A DNA stretch of 64,000 nucleotides from Xenococcaceae cyanobacterium MO_167.B27 (GTDB taxonomy: Bacteria > Cyanobacteriota > Cyanobacteriia > Cyanobacteriales > Xenococcaceae). The position numbers and the translations under genes were made by a program. Location: assembly GCA_030065935.1 (NCBI GenBank), contig JASJCP010000029.1:1798-65797 (forward strand), written 5' to 3'. Below, piece after piece: positions 44,954 to 54,444 of the stretch (position 1 is its first letter; the number at the start of each line of letters is the position of its first letter). Under the pieces are notes generated by a model. That model ran no database searches, was not told the origin of the DNA, and saw only the letters and a program-made list of their open reading frames with translations.

Positions 44954-45718
44954 CTAGTTATCTTTTTTCAATTGAGAGCGCAACTGTTCGAGTTCATCAT
45001 CAATTTCGCTTTTCGCTGTATTAGTTTCAGCAGCAGGTAAGGATTGCTGATCAGGAGCAGAACCAGATAAACTTGCTTTCATTGCTGCTAGCTCGTCTTC
45101 AATACCACTGCTTGATTCTAAGGCTGCAAACTGCTGTTCTAGACCGACACCTTCCAATTCTGCTACAGATTGAGATTGTGCTTCTAGTTGCATCACCTTA
45201 TCTTCCATTCTCTCAAAAGCACTCATAGCACTACTGGTGTCGATACTGCCAATACTTTCTTGGAGTTGTTTTTGAGCTTTAGCAGCATTAGCTCTGGCTT
45301 TGAGCATATCTTTCTTGGTTTTGGCTTCCGAGATTTTGCTTTCTAAAGCAATCAAATTTCGCTTCAGGGTATCGACGTTAGCAGTTTGTTGATCTAACTG
45401 TACTTTGAGAGTACCTGCGGTATCACTAAAAGACTTTTTCCGCATTAAGGCTTCACGGGCTAAACTTTCGTCTCCTTTTGACAAAGCCAATTGCGCTCTT
45501 TGTTGCCAAGTATTAGCTTCTTGTTGATTTTTATTATATTGTTGTTCGGTTCTTTTTTGGCTGGCGATCGCTCTTGCTACAGCTTGGCGCAACTGTACCA
45601 AGTCTTCTTGCATATCGACTACAGCTTGTTCTAGTACTTTTTCTGGGTCTTCTGCTTTGCTCACTAAGTCATTCATGTTAGCTCGAACAACTCTGCTAAG
45701 ACGATCAAATAATCCCAT
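44954..45718 (-). CDS. vipp1: Vipp1 / IM30 (PspA family, membrane remodelling)
   Basis: MGLFDRLSRVVRANMNDLVSKAEDPEKVLEQAV at the N-terminus. A C-terminal extension ending in IDDELEQLRSQL resembles the Vipp1-specific helix. Confidence 0.8.
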   Translation of the reverse strand: MGLFDRLSRVVRANMNDLVSKAEDPEKVLEQAVVDMQEDLVQLRQAVARAIASQKRTEQQYNKNQQEANTWQQRAQLALSKGDESLAREALMRKKSFSDTAGTLKVQLDQQTANVDTLKRNLIALESKISEAKTKKDMLKARANAAKAQKQLQESIGSIDTSSAMSAFERMEDKVMQLEAQSQSVAELEGVGLEQQFAALESSSGIEDELAAMKASLSGSAPDQQSLPAAETNTAKSEIDDELEQLRSQLKKDN

Positions 45719-45898
45719 GACCTTTCTCTATCCTTGAAAATAAGTAACGACTTTATACCATGGTAGTAGCAAACCTATAGACTCTAGTTTGCAAGATGTG
45801 AGATAGTAATAATTTGAATTACTCTTGACTCCCACATTCCTAGTTTGACATATTTTTCTTGTCTAACGTGAAGCGCGGAGTTAGTAGGTGAAATTTTT

Positions 45899-46129
45899 TC
45901 ACTCTTCTGGTTCAACTATAGACTTAAGTGTTTTTGAATCGTTTGCAGCATTTAGAACAATCTTTGATAGCTGTTCTATTTCTGTAGCAAGTATTTGTCC
46001 AGCAACAGCAGCAATATAAATTCCAATCGTAGCAGCAACTAAAAAGTATTCCCCTGTAATTGCTTCTGAATTTTGGCTATATTTTGCATAAGCAAAGTAT
46101 AAAGTAGCAATGGCACCGAATAATACCAA
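45899..46129 (-). CDS. Small two-TM hypothetical protein
   Basis: 76-aa hydrophobic ORF. Confidence 0.35.
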   Translation of the reverse strand: MVLFGAIATLYFAYAKYSQNSEAITGEYFLVAATIGIYIAAVAGQILATEIEQLSKIVLNAANDSKTLKSIVEPEE

Positions 46130-46215
46130 CTTTATCCAACGCGACCATTGTCAAATTAACTCCCTTGTAAAGAAAGCTCTTTTTCTGAAGCAATATTCAA
46201 TCAAGTGTGAATAAT

Positions 46216-47139
46216 TTAAGTAACATTCAAAGCACCATGTTTTTTCAGCCATTGCTTTTGTTCATCGGTTAAACCATGGCTATCAGTGAAAACCGCCCCA
46301 TCCACATTACAATTGTCAAATATCACATTTTGGCAAACAGTCTTTTCAAAATTGCTATCTTGTAAATTAGCATTTGTCAGATTGATATGACTGAGTTTTG
46401 CTCCTTCTAGATTTGCTGATAATAGGGAGCTATGACTGAAATTAATTTGGTTTAGTTGAGCCTTACGAAAATCTGCTTCTAGTAATTCTGCTTGGGTAAA
46501 GTTAACTGTATCTAATTGAGCTTGAATAAATTTAGAGTTTACTAAACTAGCATCTATAAAATCAGCGTTACTAATATTGGCTTGTGTCAGATTCGTATTT
46601 TGTAAATTAGCTTTGTGCCATCTAGAATCATTGATATTTGCACTTTGTAAGCTAACATTTGTAACTGTGGCTCTTTCAAAATTGATTTGAGTAAACTTGG
46701 TTTTTACTAATAAAGCTTTGCTGAGATTAGCTCCACTAAAATTAATGTTTGCTCCTGAAGCTTCTCGTAAATCTGCTAGGGATAAATTAGTATTAATTGC
46801 TCTAACCCCATCTAACCTAGAATTAAATAATTTAATCTTGTAGCAATTGGCATCATCCAGAATAGCTTTATTTAAAGTAGCACTATTTAGTTCAGTTCTT
46901 TCAAGATTAGCTTGAGATAGGTTAGCATAACTTAAATCAGCAAACATTAAATTAGTCCTTGTAAAATTAGTTTTATGACAAGAAGCTTCTACTAACTTAG
47001 CTCCTCGCATATAACATTCAATAAATACAGCTTCATCTATATTGGCATTTTCTAAGTTGAGTCTGCTTAGTTCTGCCTCTTTAAAATTATATCCTGCTTG
47101 GATTTTTTGTAGAACAGCCTCTCTCGTAAATAAAGTCAT
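46216..47139 (-). CDS. Pentapeptide-repeat protein
   Basis: Long run of A(D/N)LxX pentapeptides. I prefer the start MTLFTRE at 47139, 2 nt after the upstream stop. Confidence 0.85.
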   Translation of the reverse strand: MTLFTREAVLQKIQAGYNFKEAELSRLNLENANIDEAVFIECYMRGAKLVEASCHKTNFTRTNLMFADLSYANLSQANLERTELNSATLNKAILDDANCYKIKLFNSRLDGVRAINTNLSLADLREASGANINFSGANLSKALLVKTKFTQINFERATVTNVSLQSANINDSRWHKANLQNTNLTQANISNADFIDASLVNSKFIQAQLDTVNFTQAELLEADFRKAQLNQINFSHSSLLSANLEGAKLSHINLTNANLQDSNFEKTVCQNVIFDNCNVDGAVFTDSHGLTDEQKQWLKKHGALNVT

Positions 47140-47141
47140 TT

Positions 47142-47756
47142 TTACTGATAAAAATAAGCTAGAAATATATGAAAGGCTAACATGATAAAAAATATGCTCA
47201 CTAAAATAATATGAGTATTTAACCAAAAAGCACGCATACCTTTTACCATATTACCTTTGGATATTCCTGCTATAGTTTTTCCGTCAGGATTTTGGGTATA
47301 AATCCAAGTCAAAAATCTTTTTTGAGGTGATTCTAGAACTCCTGCTTCTGCTACTACACCAATCAATGCAGAAAGGTTAACTGCAAAAAATATCCATAAA
47401 AAAATAGCATTAAAATTTAATCCAGTTGCGCCAATAGTATGAATTAAAACTATACTTAACAAGCTAACACCCAGAAAAATATGTAGCCTGCGCCACAACT
47501 GCATTGAACCTGGAATTGTTATTTTGACTATCCAGCCTCGCCCTCTTTTACGAGCAGTCAACACCATTTCTAGGATGACAAAAGCCAGAGCAATATAACC
47601 AGTGATTTGTTTATAAAGATTGTCTTCTAGAAATAGCAGAGTGCTAAAAGCTTTCTCTCTTAAAATCGGAATATATATCGAACTGAAAGCAAAAGGAGTA
47701 AGAATTGCTGCGGATAATAATGTCAGGATAATTAAAGTGGAAAACTTGGGTTTCAT
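47142..47756 (-). CDS. Polytopic membrane protein with two His-x13-His pairs (ferric-reductase-like, putative di-heme-b electron conduit)
   Basis: 204 aa with about 5-6 TM segments. LHIFLGVSLLSIVLIH and THIILVSIFFIMLAFH each place two His 13 residues apart (hand-counted) within a hydrophobic helix. Confidence 0.6.
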   Translation of the reverse strand: MKPKFSTLIILTLLSAAILTPFAFSSIYIPILREKAFSTLLFLEDNLYKQITGYIALAFVILEMVLTARKRGRGWIVKITIPGSMQLWRRLHIFLGVSLLSIVLIHTIGATGLNFNAIFLWIFFAVNLSALIGVVAEAGVLESPQKRFLTWIYTQNPDGKTIAGISKGNMVKGMRAFWLNTHIILVSIFFIMLAFHIFLAYFYQ

Positions 47757-47864
47757 AGCTTTTTTAAAAGCTGTTAGTGGTTAGTGCTTAGTGGTTCGTG
47801 GTAAGTGGGAGGGTATCCGCAATTGATGAATTATCCGAGAGCTTGGTTAGTAATTAGTAGTCAA

Positions 47865-48524
47865 TTAACTTTTATTAATAGGTAGGTTAATAATGACACC
47901 TCCCATCACATCATCTAACTTGAATTTTTTATCTGGATAAAGTTCGAGGTGAATAGGATGAGTGTTGTGACAGGTAACACAAGCTTCTGCTACCGCTTTG
48001 TCAGGATAAAGAGCGGAGAAGTATTTTTGACCGCCAATTTCTTGATATTCTTTGTATGGTTCGCCTGTTTTATTTACTTCTTCCATGGCTCTCTTTTCAA
48101 AATCCGACTTGGGTGCATGGTTATCATTGAGATTCCAGGTGGAAATTAGGTTATAGGTAAAACCAATACCTTTTTCTTCGGATGTTTCAGCAGCAATTTC
48201 TGAACCCAAGCGGAACATTTGAGCAGGTAGGGGAATACCGCCAGTTTCTTCCCAGCCTTCAGTAGCTTCAGCAGGAACAACGCCTTTTGCCTTGGTTTTC
48301 CCTTCTAGGGTTTTGAGTCTGTTAACTACGTGCTTGGTGTAAGCAGTTCTATCTGCAAGCAGTACAGTATGAATATAATCTACTACCACTTCGGGAGGAA
48401 TACCAGGGGTAGCTTGGGTTGAATTAACAGTACCACTACAAGCGATCGCAGTAAAGCAAATAGTTGTAGCTAGAGCTATTAAGCCTATGGCTTTAGTTTT
48501 AATTTTACTGATTAGTTTGTCCAT
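47865..48524 (-). CDS. Tll0287-like (DUF3365) c-type heme protein, lipoprotein or secreted
   Basis: 219 aa with a signal peptide and Cys (AIACSG) and a single CVTCH near the C-terminus. The overall pattern resembles DUF3365. Confidence 0.65.
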   Translation of the reverse strand: MDKLISKIKTKAIGLIALATTICFTAIACSGTVNSTQATPGIPPEVVVDYIHTVLLADRTAYTKHVVNRLKTLEGKTKAKGVVPAEATEGWEETGGIPLPAQMFRLGSEIAAETSEEKGIGFTYNLISTWNLNDNHAPKSDFEKRAMEEVNKTGEPYKEYQEIGGQKYFSALYPDKAVAEACVTCHNTHPIHLELYPDKKFKLDDVMGGVIINLPINKS

Positions 48525-48554
48525 TGCGAATATGATTTTGTTGAGTTTAGTTAT

Positions 48555-49355
48555 TTACTGAGTCTGTTGGCTTGACCTTTTCTTTTCTAAATCCCGCACT
48601 AATTTAAAGGTTGGCAATTCTAGACTCGGAGGATGAGCAAAGTTAGCTTCGACTAATTCATCGTCGAAAATGCTATTGTAGGCGTGTTCTAAGCCGTGAC
48701 AGTTCATGCAAACCTCTTTGACCATGCGATCGCGTGGTTTGAGTGTATAAGTGTTGTTATGATTTACTAAAACCCCATCTCCAGATACTTCCCTGGGTAA
48801 GTGACAGGTTGCACAAGTTACAGACTTGGAGTCAGGACGTGGTAAGACCCCAATATCTGCAACAATTTGGGCGTGAGGAGAGTTTTTATAGTTGAGAGAA
48901 TGGGTGTCATTGTGACAAGACAAGCAAGAATCTACTGATGCTTGATAGGTATTGACCGTATGTACGTTATGACAACTGTTACAGTTCATTTGCTTGTCCA
49001 GTGCTGATTTTTTCATTGGCAAATGAGCCATTGTGGGACTTAGAGGTGACAAGCCTTCGAGGGTGCGAATACCATGTTTTCCTAAAAGGAAAGTGTCTGT
49101 ACTATATTCATGACAGCTTTTACAACTTACTTCGGTGGGTTTGGCTCTAAAAGCTTTGCTTTTTTCATCAATATGACAACTAGAACAATTGACTTCGTTT
49201 AAAGCATGAATACTACTTTGCCACTGCTGTTGGATTTCTTGTAGTTGACTCTCGGAGATGTTACTTGCAAAAGATGTACCAGGAAAAACCCAAGAAAAGA
49301 GGAATAGCAAACACAAAACCATTACGGTTACGCTGTCTTTCTTCCTTCTCATCAT
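48555..49355 (-). CDS. Hexa-heme c-type cytochrome (secreted)
   Basis: Signal peptide plus six CxxCH motifs: CSSCH, CKSCH, CNSCH, CLSCH, CATCH, CMNCH. Confidence 0.85.
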   Translation of the reverse strand: MMRRKKDSVTVMVLCLLFLFSWVFPGTSFASNISESQLQEIQQQWQSSIHALNEVNCSSCHIDEKSKAFRAKPTEVSCKSCHEYSTDTFLLGKHGIRTLEGLSPLSPTMAHLPMKKSALDKQMNCNSCHNVHTVNTYQASVDSCLSCHNDTHSLNYKNSPHAQIVADIGVLPRPDSKSVTCATCHLPREVSGDGVLVNHNNTYTLKPRDRMVKEVCMNCHGLEHAYNSIFDDELVEANFAHPPSLELPTFKLVRDLEKKRSSQQTQ

Positions 49356-49966
49356 GACTTTCCTCCTATAAATTCCTTACCCAAATCTGGCTTGGGGGCA
49401 GTATCTAATTTGGTTTTCACGACTATATTGGGTAATTCTGGTTCGGGTAACATCCAAGGCTGGTCGAGATTTTGCCGTAAAAAGCCAGTGGAAATAGAAC
49501 GATGATCGTGAAAATTATGACAGCCAGCCGTCCAACAGCCATTGGGACTAAAGCCATTATGACTGGCTAATTCCCCTTTAATAATTCCTTGATGACAAGC
49601 CATACACAAGTCTGGCTTAAGATGTACCCCTCGACCAAACATATGGGTATGTTCTTCATGACAAGCGGTACAACTTAGGACATCAATGTTTTCCCGTAAT
49701 TCAGCCCAGCGAGGATCGCGAAACTTTTTCGCACCGTGTACATCTTTTGCTAATTCTGCTTCGTGACAGCGATTACAAGTCTCATTACTTACAGGCTTAA
49801 AGCCTTCGTGACAAGAACTGCAAGAAACTTCAAATAAAACATGACCATTAGAAGTTTCCCCTGGTAAAAACACACTACGGCGATCAAGGGCGAAAGCAGA
49901 ACTCAGTATCAACAAGAGCATTAGCATCACCCCTATAATGGCGAACTTTGAGTTGAAAAACGCCAA
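49352..49966 (-). CDS. Multiheme c-type cytochrome (four CxxCH plus one CxxxxCH)
   Basis: CSSCH, CNRCH, CTACH and CMACH plus CWTAGCH, with an N-terminal TM/signal segment. The stop overlaps the next gene's start (ATGA at 49352-49355). Confidence 0.85.
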   Translation of the reverse strand: MAFFNSKFAIIGVMLMLLLILSSAFALDRRSVFLPGETSNGHVLFEVSCSSCHEGFKPVSNETCNRCHEAELAKDVHGAKKFRDPRWAELRENIDVLSCTACHEEHTHMFGRGVHLKPDLCMACHQGIIKGELASHNGFSPNGCWTAGCHNFHDHRSISTGFLRQNLDQPWMLPEPELPNIVVKTKLDTAPKPDLGKEFIGGKS

Positions 49967-50008
49967 TGGTTGAAAAATTCTCCCTAAGTTATTTGCCAGT
50001 ACTTATCT

Positions 50009-50641
50009 CTATAACAGCAAAGCTAAAATCGCTGCGATTATCCCCATAATTCCGCCACCACCCATAGCATATAATATTGCTTTATCTGTATCGGGTATCA
50101 TTACTATTTCCGCAGTCATAGAGGCTTGAGAATTAGATTTTTCAAGGGATGGTGGTTCAGATACAAATTCAGATACATATGAGGAAGATGTATTAACATT
50201 AGCGGATGGCGATTTTAGAGCAATATCATTTTGGGAATAGTCAGCACCATCAAGCATCATCTGGCTAATTGTTGCATAAGCATCAATCCAAGCTTGTTTC
50301 ACATCTGGTGTCCATTTATCTTTTAGATACTGCTCGAAAGTAGTTAGTAAAGCATTTCCTACTAAGGGATAATGTTCAGGTAATGCACCATATTTAATAT
50401 GACGCGCCCCTAAGCCTCTGAGGGTATCATCTAATACTTCGGGCTTCCGTAAGTTTTCTACTACCAGCACTAAAGAGCCTAGTAATTTTTTCTTCTGCTC
50501 TGTCATGTTAGTAGTTGCAAATAAAGGTTTGGCTTCAGGATTAGCTGTAAATAGATTGTTATAGAAGCTATTGACAAAATCATTTGCACTGGGCTTAATT
50601 GCTTCAAAACTCTGTTCTAGGAGTTCTACCTGTAAGGACAT
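50009..50641 (-). CDS. Globin-domain protein with a C-terminal transmembrane anchor
   Basis: Globin fold signature (SFEAIKP...F..FY..LF...P....LF...LGARHIKYG) in aa 1-135, then a linker and a C-terminal hydrophobic tail (GGGGIMGIIAAILALLL). Confidence 0.75.
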   Translation of the reverse strand: MSLQVELLEQSFEAIKPSANDFVNSFYNNLFTANPEAKPLFATTNMTEQKKKLLGSLVLVVENLRKPEVLDDTLRGLGARHIKYGALPEHYPLVGNALLTTFEQYLKDKWTPDVKQAWIDAYATISQMMLDGADYSQNDIALKSPSANVNTSSSYVSEFVSEPPSLEKSNSQASMTAEIVMIPDTDKAILYAMGGGGIMGIIAAILALLL

Positions 50642-51342
50642 TCGGATTAATTCCCCTTTTTAATTAATTTATGGATTTTGGTTGAAACTAACAGTCTTAG
50701 TTGGATTTAAAGTTTAAAAGACAGTTTTCATTGAATGTTTTTGAATTGCATTGGCATTGGTGTTAGATGTCTTGTCTTATCTGGATGTCAAGACGTTAGC
50801 AAGATTTATAAAATATCTATTTATGGTATTTTGTAGCAAAGTTTACCATTATCCTTAAATAATCTAAATATCGTATAGGTTTAATGCTTTTTTGACATTT
50901 GCAACCAACTTACTGTTCCAAACCCCAACTCTACTCCTTGATTAATCAGAATTACTCAAATTTATCAAGAACTGTGGAGCCTTATTACCAGTGCTTTACC
51001 AGAGGTTGATTTTGACAGGTTTTCTCTCGGTTTTTTAGGGGGAATATCTGTAGGGTGTAGGAAAAATTCTTGACTATGATAATTTTTATTTAAGTCTTTC
51101 TAGCTACTTAAATAATATCAAAAACTTCGATTCGCTAAACTTAAGCTTTTATGTTACGTTTGTGAACCCCAAATTTCATATTAAATACTATATAATGTAA
51201 CAAGTTAACATAATGAATTTATATAGTAATTTTGCAGCTAATCTTTGAGTTTATATAAAGTCTTGTATCTCTTCTTTGCCAGATTAAAGCTTAAGGCAAT
51301 ATTTTATATAACAATCTTGCAAACCAACATCATTGATTAATT

Positions 51343-51609
51343 ATGGATACTGTAAAAGATAACCGTTTTGTTTGGTTTAATCGAGGTAAATTACTAGCTA
51401 AGTTAGGAAAATTAGAAGCTGCTTTAGATTGCTTTGATCGCGCTATTGCTATGAAAGAGAGTTACTATGAGGCATGGTGTGAAAAAGGATGTGTACTGGA
51501 AGAATTGGGGCGCGTTAGAGAAGGAGAAATTTGTTTTAATAAGAGTCTAGGCGCATTTTGTGGTGATATTAGTCTGAGTTTGGAAGACGATTTATTATCA
51601 ATCTCCTAA
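51343..51609 (+). CDS. Small TPR-repeat protein
   Basis: 88 aa with two TPR-like units (W.N.G..L..LG..E.AL..FD.A). Confidence 0.5.
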   Translation: MDTVKDNRFVWFNRGKLLAKLGKLEAALDCFDRAIAMKESYYEAWCEKGCVLEELGRVREGEICFNKSLGAFCGDISLSLEDDLLSIS

Positions 51610-51724
51610 GAACTTTTGACAATTATTTTGGCTCTTGTTATTAATTAGCCCAACCTATACCGAGTTGCATTGTAATTTATTATTTATGTTATCCCCCCGT
51701 TAAGAGGGATTAAATAAACAGTAT

Positions 51725-52513
51725 TTAACGGCTGACAATTCCTGACCACTGTACCTTTTTCTCTTTGGTACGACGATAGGAGAAAAAATAATCTGGCTGT
51801 TGATAGGTACAATAGGGAGCAATGGAAATTTGTGATTCTTTTATACCTAGCTGTTGCATTTGGATCCCATTAACTCGCCTGACATCTAACCTGACTCTTC
51901 CTGGGTGGGAATCTTCTAGTATAGGAGAATCGGGTAATTGAAATAGGGCTTGTAGAATATCTGACTCTGTAGACGAGACGATACTTTTCCCGACTTCTAC
52001 TGCTACTGTTTCAGAAACTTGATATACTTCCCCTGAAATAGCAGGACCCATAGCAATGCGTAAATCTGAGATAGTGCTACCATGGTTTTGGAGTAGAGCG
52101 ATCGCTCTTTGAACAATTTTTTTAGCTGTACCACGCCAACCAGCATGAACTGCTGCTACTTTACCCGTTTTCATGTCTGCAATCAAAACAGGGTTGCAAT
52201 CTGCACTAGCTACCCAAGGAGATTGTTTGTTTCCCTTGACTAGAATCCCATCTGCTTCAGGAAAACTGCTGCTTTGATCTATGGTGCTGCTAATTTCTTC
52301 TGGAGTTAAAACTATATTGCCATGCACTTGTTTGGCTCTATAGACTGTAGCTTCTGTATCCAAAGCTGTTACTAACTGTTCGGGGGTATGGGGGTAACAC
52401 TGTTGAGTAAAAAATCCATGTTGCCAAGGTGCTAGTAAATCACAAGTTAGATAAGGTAATCCTTGCCACTGTTGCCATTGCCAACCAGAATTTATATTGT
52501 TGATTTCTACCAT
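51725..52513 (-). CDS. pgeF: Peptidoglycan editing factor PgeF (YfiH / laccase-domain, DUF152 family)
   Basis: ADCNPVL, VHAGWRG and the C-terminal SYRR are family motifs. Confidence 0.8.
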   Translation of the reverse strand: MVEINNINSGWQWQQWQGLPYLTCDLLAPWQHGFFTQQCYPHTPEQLVTALDTEATVYRAKQVHGNIVLTPEEISSTIDQSSSFPEADGILVKGNKQSPWVASADCNPVLIADMKTGKVAAVHAGWRGTAKKIVQRAIALLQNHGSTISDLRIAMGPAISGEVYQVSETVAVEVGKSIVSSTESDILQALFQLPDSPILEDSHPGRVRLDVRRVNGIQMQQLGIKESQISIAPYCTYQQPDYFFSYRRTKEKKVQWSGIVSR

Positions 52514-53308
52514 CTAATTAACTGTATAGGTAACTTCTTGAACTTGACCAGGTTTACCTAGTAATTTTTCTTGCCCATTATTGTAGGTTACGATTACCCC
52601 ACCAGCATTACCTGCTATGATAGTTACCTCTTGTGTTCCTTTCCAAGTACGATGAGTTCCCGCAGCAAGAGTTCCTTCAAAGGTAACGTTACCATCTACT
52701 ATGACTTTCATCCAGCAGCGATCTTTTAAACTTACATTTACTACTACTTCATTGAGATTAGAACTATTAGATTGGGAAATCAATTGAGACGGGGAATCTT
52801 GTATTAACTGTGATTTATTATTTTCTGAGTCAGATTCTACTAAAGTTTCATCCCTGACTGCTACAGTATTATTGGTTATTTTGAAGCTAACTAACTTCAC
52901 AGAGATTGCTATAACAACCAGATATAGTAGATATAGATGCACAGAACTTAATTGAAACTGATTGAACCCTAATGGCGATCGCTCCCTCCTTCGACTCAGC
53001 CAAGATTGCTTCTTCTGCTTTGCTGGAGGTAATAGTAATGGTTTAGCAGTAGCTGTATAGTCTGGTATAGGCTTTACTCCTAGGGCTTGAGCGTATTTTT
53101 TTATTAAAGCTTGAGTGTAAAAAGGTTCTGGTAATCGATCTATTGCACCTTGTTCGATAGCTACTAATACTCGTTTGGCAATCATGGTTTGATTAGCCAT
53201 CGCCTCTAACGAGATACCTTGTTCTTTACGAATGCGATACAGATTAGCACCTATTTCCTCTAACTTTTGTTGTTGTTCTAAATGATTTTGAGAATTAAGT
53301 TTTGTCAT
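52514..53308 (-). CDS. RodZ-like HTH protein with a TM segment and a C-terminal DUF4115 domain
   Basis: N-terminal XRE-type HTH (IRKEQGISLEAMANQT), a TM segment and a C-terminal beta domain. Confidence 0.7.
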   Translation of the reverse strand: MTKLNSQNHLEQQQKLEEIGANLYRIRKEQGISLEAMANQTMIAKRVLVAIEQGAIDRLPEPFYTQALIKKYAQALGVKPIPDYTATAKPLLLPPAKQKKQSWLSRRRERSPLGFNQFQLSSVHLYLLYLVVIAISVKLVSFKITNNTVAVRDETLVESDSENNKSQLIQDSPSQLISQSNSSNLNEVVVNVSLKDRCWMKVIVDGNVTFEGTLAAGTHRTWKGTQEVTIIAGNAGGVIVTYNNGQEKLLGKPGQVQEVTYTVN

Positions 53309-54089
53309 AAACTGCGCTCCTACTCGGTGCAGCTAAACTAATAGATGGTGATTTTTTTTGTAAAAAAGTAACTTCTGTTTTGGTGAGATGGCGGTATTTC
53401 CCTGGTGGTAAATTGCCATGTTCCGAACTCTTGAGAGCGATAGAACCAATAGCAGTACGATGCAAACTCAGAACTTTGAACCCTAACTGCGCTGCAACCC
53501 GTCGTATTTGGCGGTTTTTGCCTTCAGTTAGAACAATCTTGAGTAAAGTTCGATCTAGCTCTTTTTTAACTACAGTTACCTGAGCGGGTAAGGTTTTTTG
53601 AGCAGACAAAATAACCCCTGTGCGCCAGTGTTGTAAATCTTGAGTTGTCGGACAACCATTCAGCCAAACCAGATAAGTTTTGGGTAAATGATAGCGAGGG
53701 TGAGTTAACTTGAGAGTTAAGCTCCCATCATTAGTGAGGAGTAGTGCGCCAGTGGAATTAAAATCGAGTCTTCCTACAGGATGAATTCCCTGACCTTTTT
53801 TTAGTTTAGCAGGGAGTAAATCAATTACGGTTGGTCTGCTTTGTGGATCGTAACAAGTTGAAACTACTCCTACAGGTTTGTTGAGTAGTAAGTAAATGTT
53901 CTGAGGGCGGTGGTTCAATTGAACTATCTTACCATCTACCTCTAATATATCTGTTTGAAGATCGACTTTTTCTCCTAAAGTTGCTATCCGATTGTTTAGC
54001 TTGACTCTCCCCTCCAAAATCATCTGTTCTCCTTTGCGCCGTGACGCAATTCCCCATTGAGACAAAATTTTTTGTATTCTTTCTGTCAT
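53295..54089 (-). CDS. Pseudouridine synthase, RsuA/RluB family (N-terminal S4 domain)
   Basis: RIQKILSQWGIASRRKGEQMILEGRV (S4), GRLDFNSTG (catalytic Asp) and GKNRQIRR. Confidence 0.85.
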   Translation of the reverse strand: MTERIQKILSQWGIASRRKGEQMILEGRVKLNNRIATLGEKVDLQTDILEVDGKIVQLNHRPQNIYLLLNKPVGVVSTCYDPQSRPTVIDLLPAKLKKGQGIHPVGRLDFNSTGALLLTNDGSLTLKLTHPRYHLPKTYLVWLNGCPTTQDLQHWRTGVILSAQKTLPAQVTVVKKELDRTLLKIVLTEGKNRQIRRVAAQLGFKVLSLHRTAIGSIALKSSEHGNLPPGKYRHLTKTEVTFLQKKSPSISLAAPSRSAVYDKT

Positions 54090-54221
54090 CTGTTGTTTTT
54101 TAGTTTACTTTATTTAACAAAACTTTATATGAATAGTTAGATTGCGTAGCTAGTTCCATCTTGTTGATGGAGTCTCTCTAGCTTGCTAACATGAAGGCTT
54201 ATAGCTTTCTGTCTCAAAACA

Positions 54222-54263
54222 GTCCCAGGTACTCCGCCGTGCAACGGCGGAGCCTGCTTGGAC
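54222..54263 (-). terminator. Strong hairpin followed by TGTTTT on the minus strand; orphan terminator-like element
   Basis: The core 9-bp stem ctccgccgt gca acggcggag is extended by gtcccagg / cctg(ctt)ggac. No annotated minus-strand gene lies upstream of it. Confidence 0.35.
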
Positions 54264-54444
54264 TTCGTAAACTTAACACCAGTCCTTTTAAAATTTGTTT
54301 CGACTTTATCAATATCAGTATGACAATAAGACTTCTTGTTTCTCAACTTAAGGAAATCTATGGGTATATTTCCCAGAAAGATGAAGAAAGTATCAATTAT
54401 TAGGGGACAATTTGTGATGAAATCTTAAAATTACCGAGGGAAAG

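Noticed and set aside
54137-54403. ORFs 54137-54346 (-) and 54191-54403 (+)
   Set aside because: They mutually overlap on opposite strands and have no motifs. The minus-strand ORF reads through a strong terminator-like hairpin.
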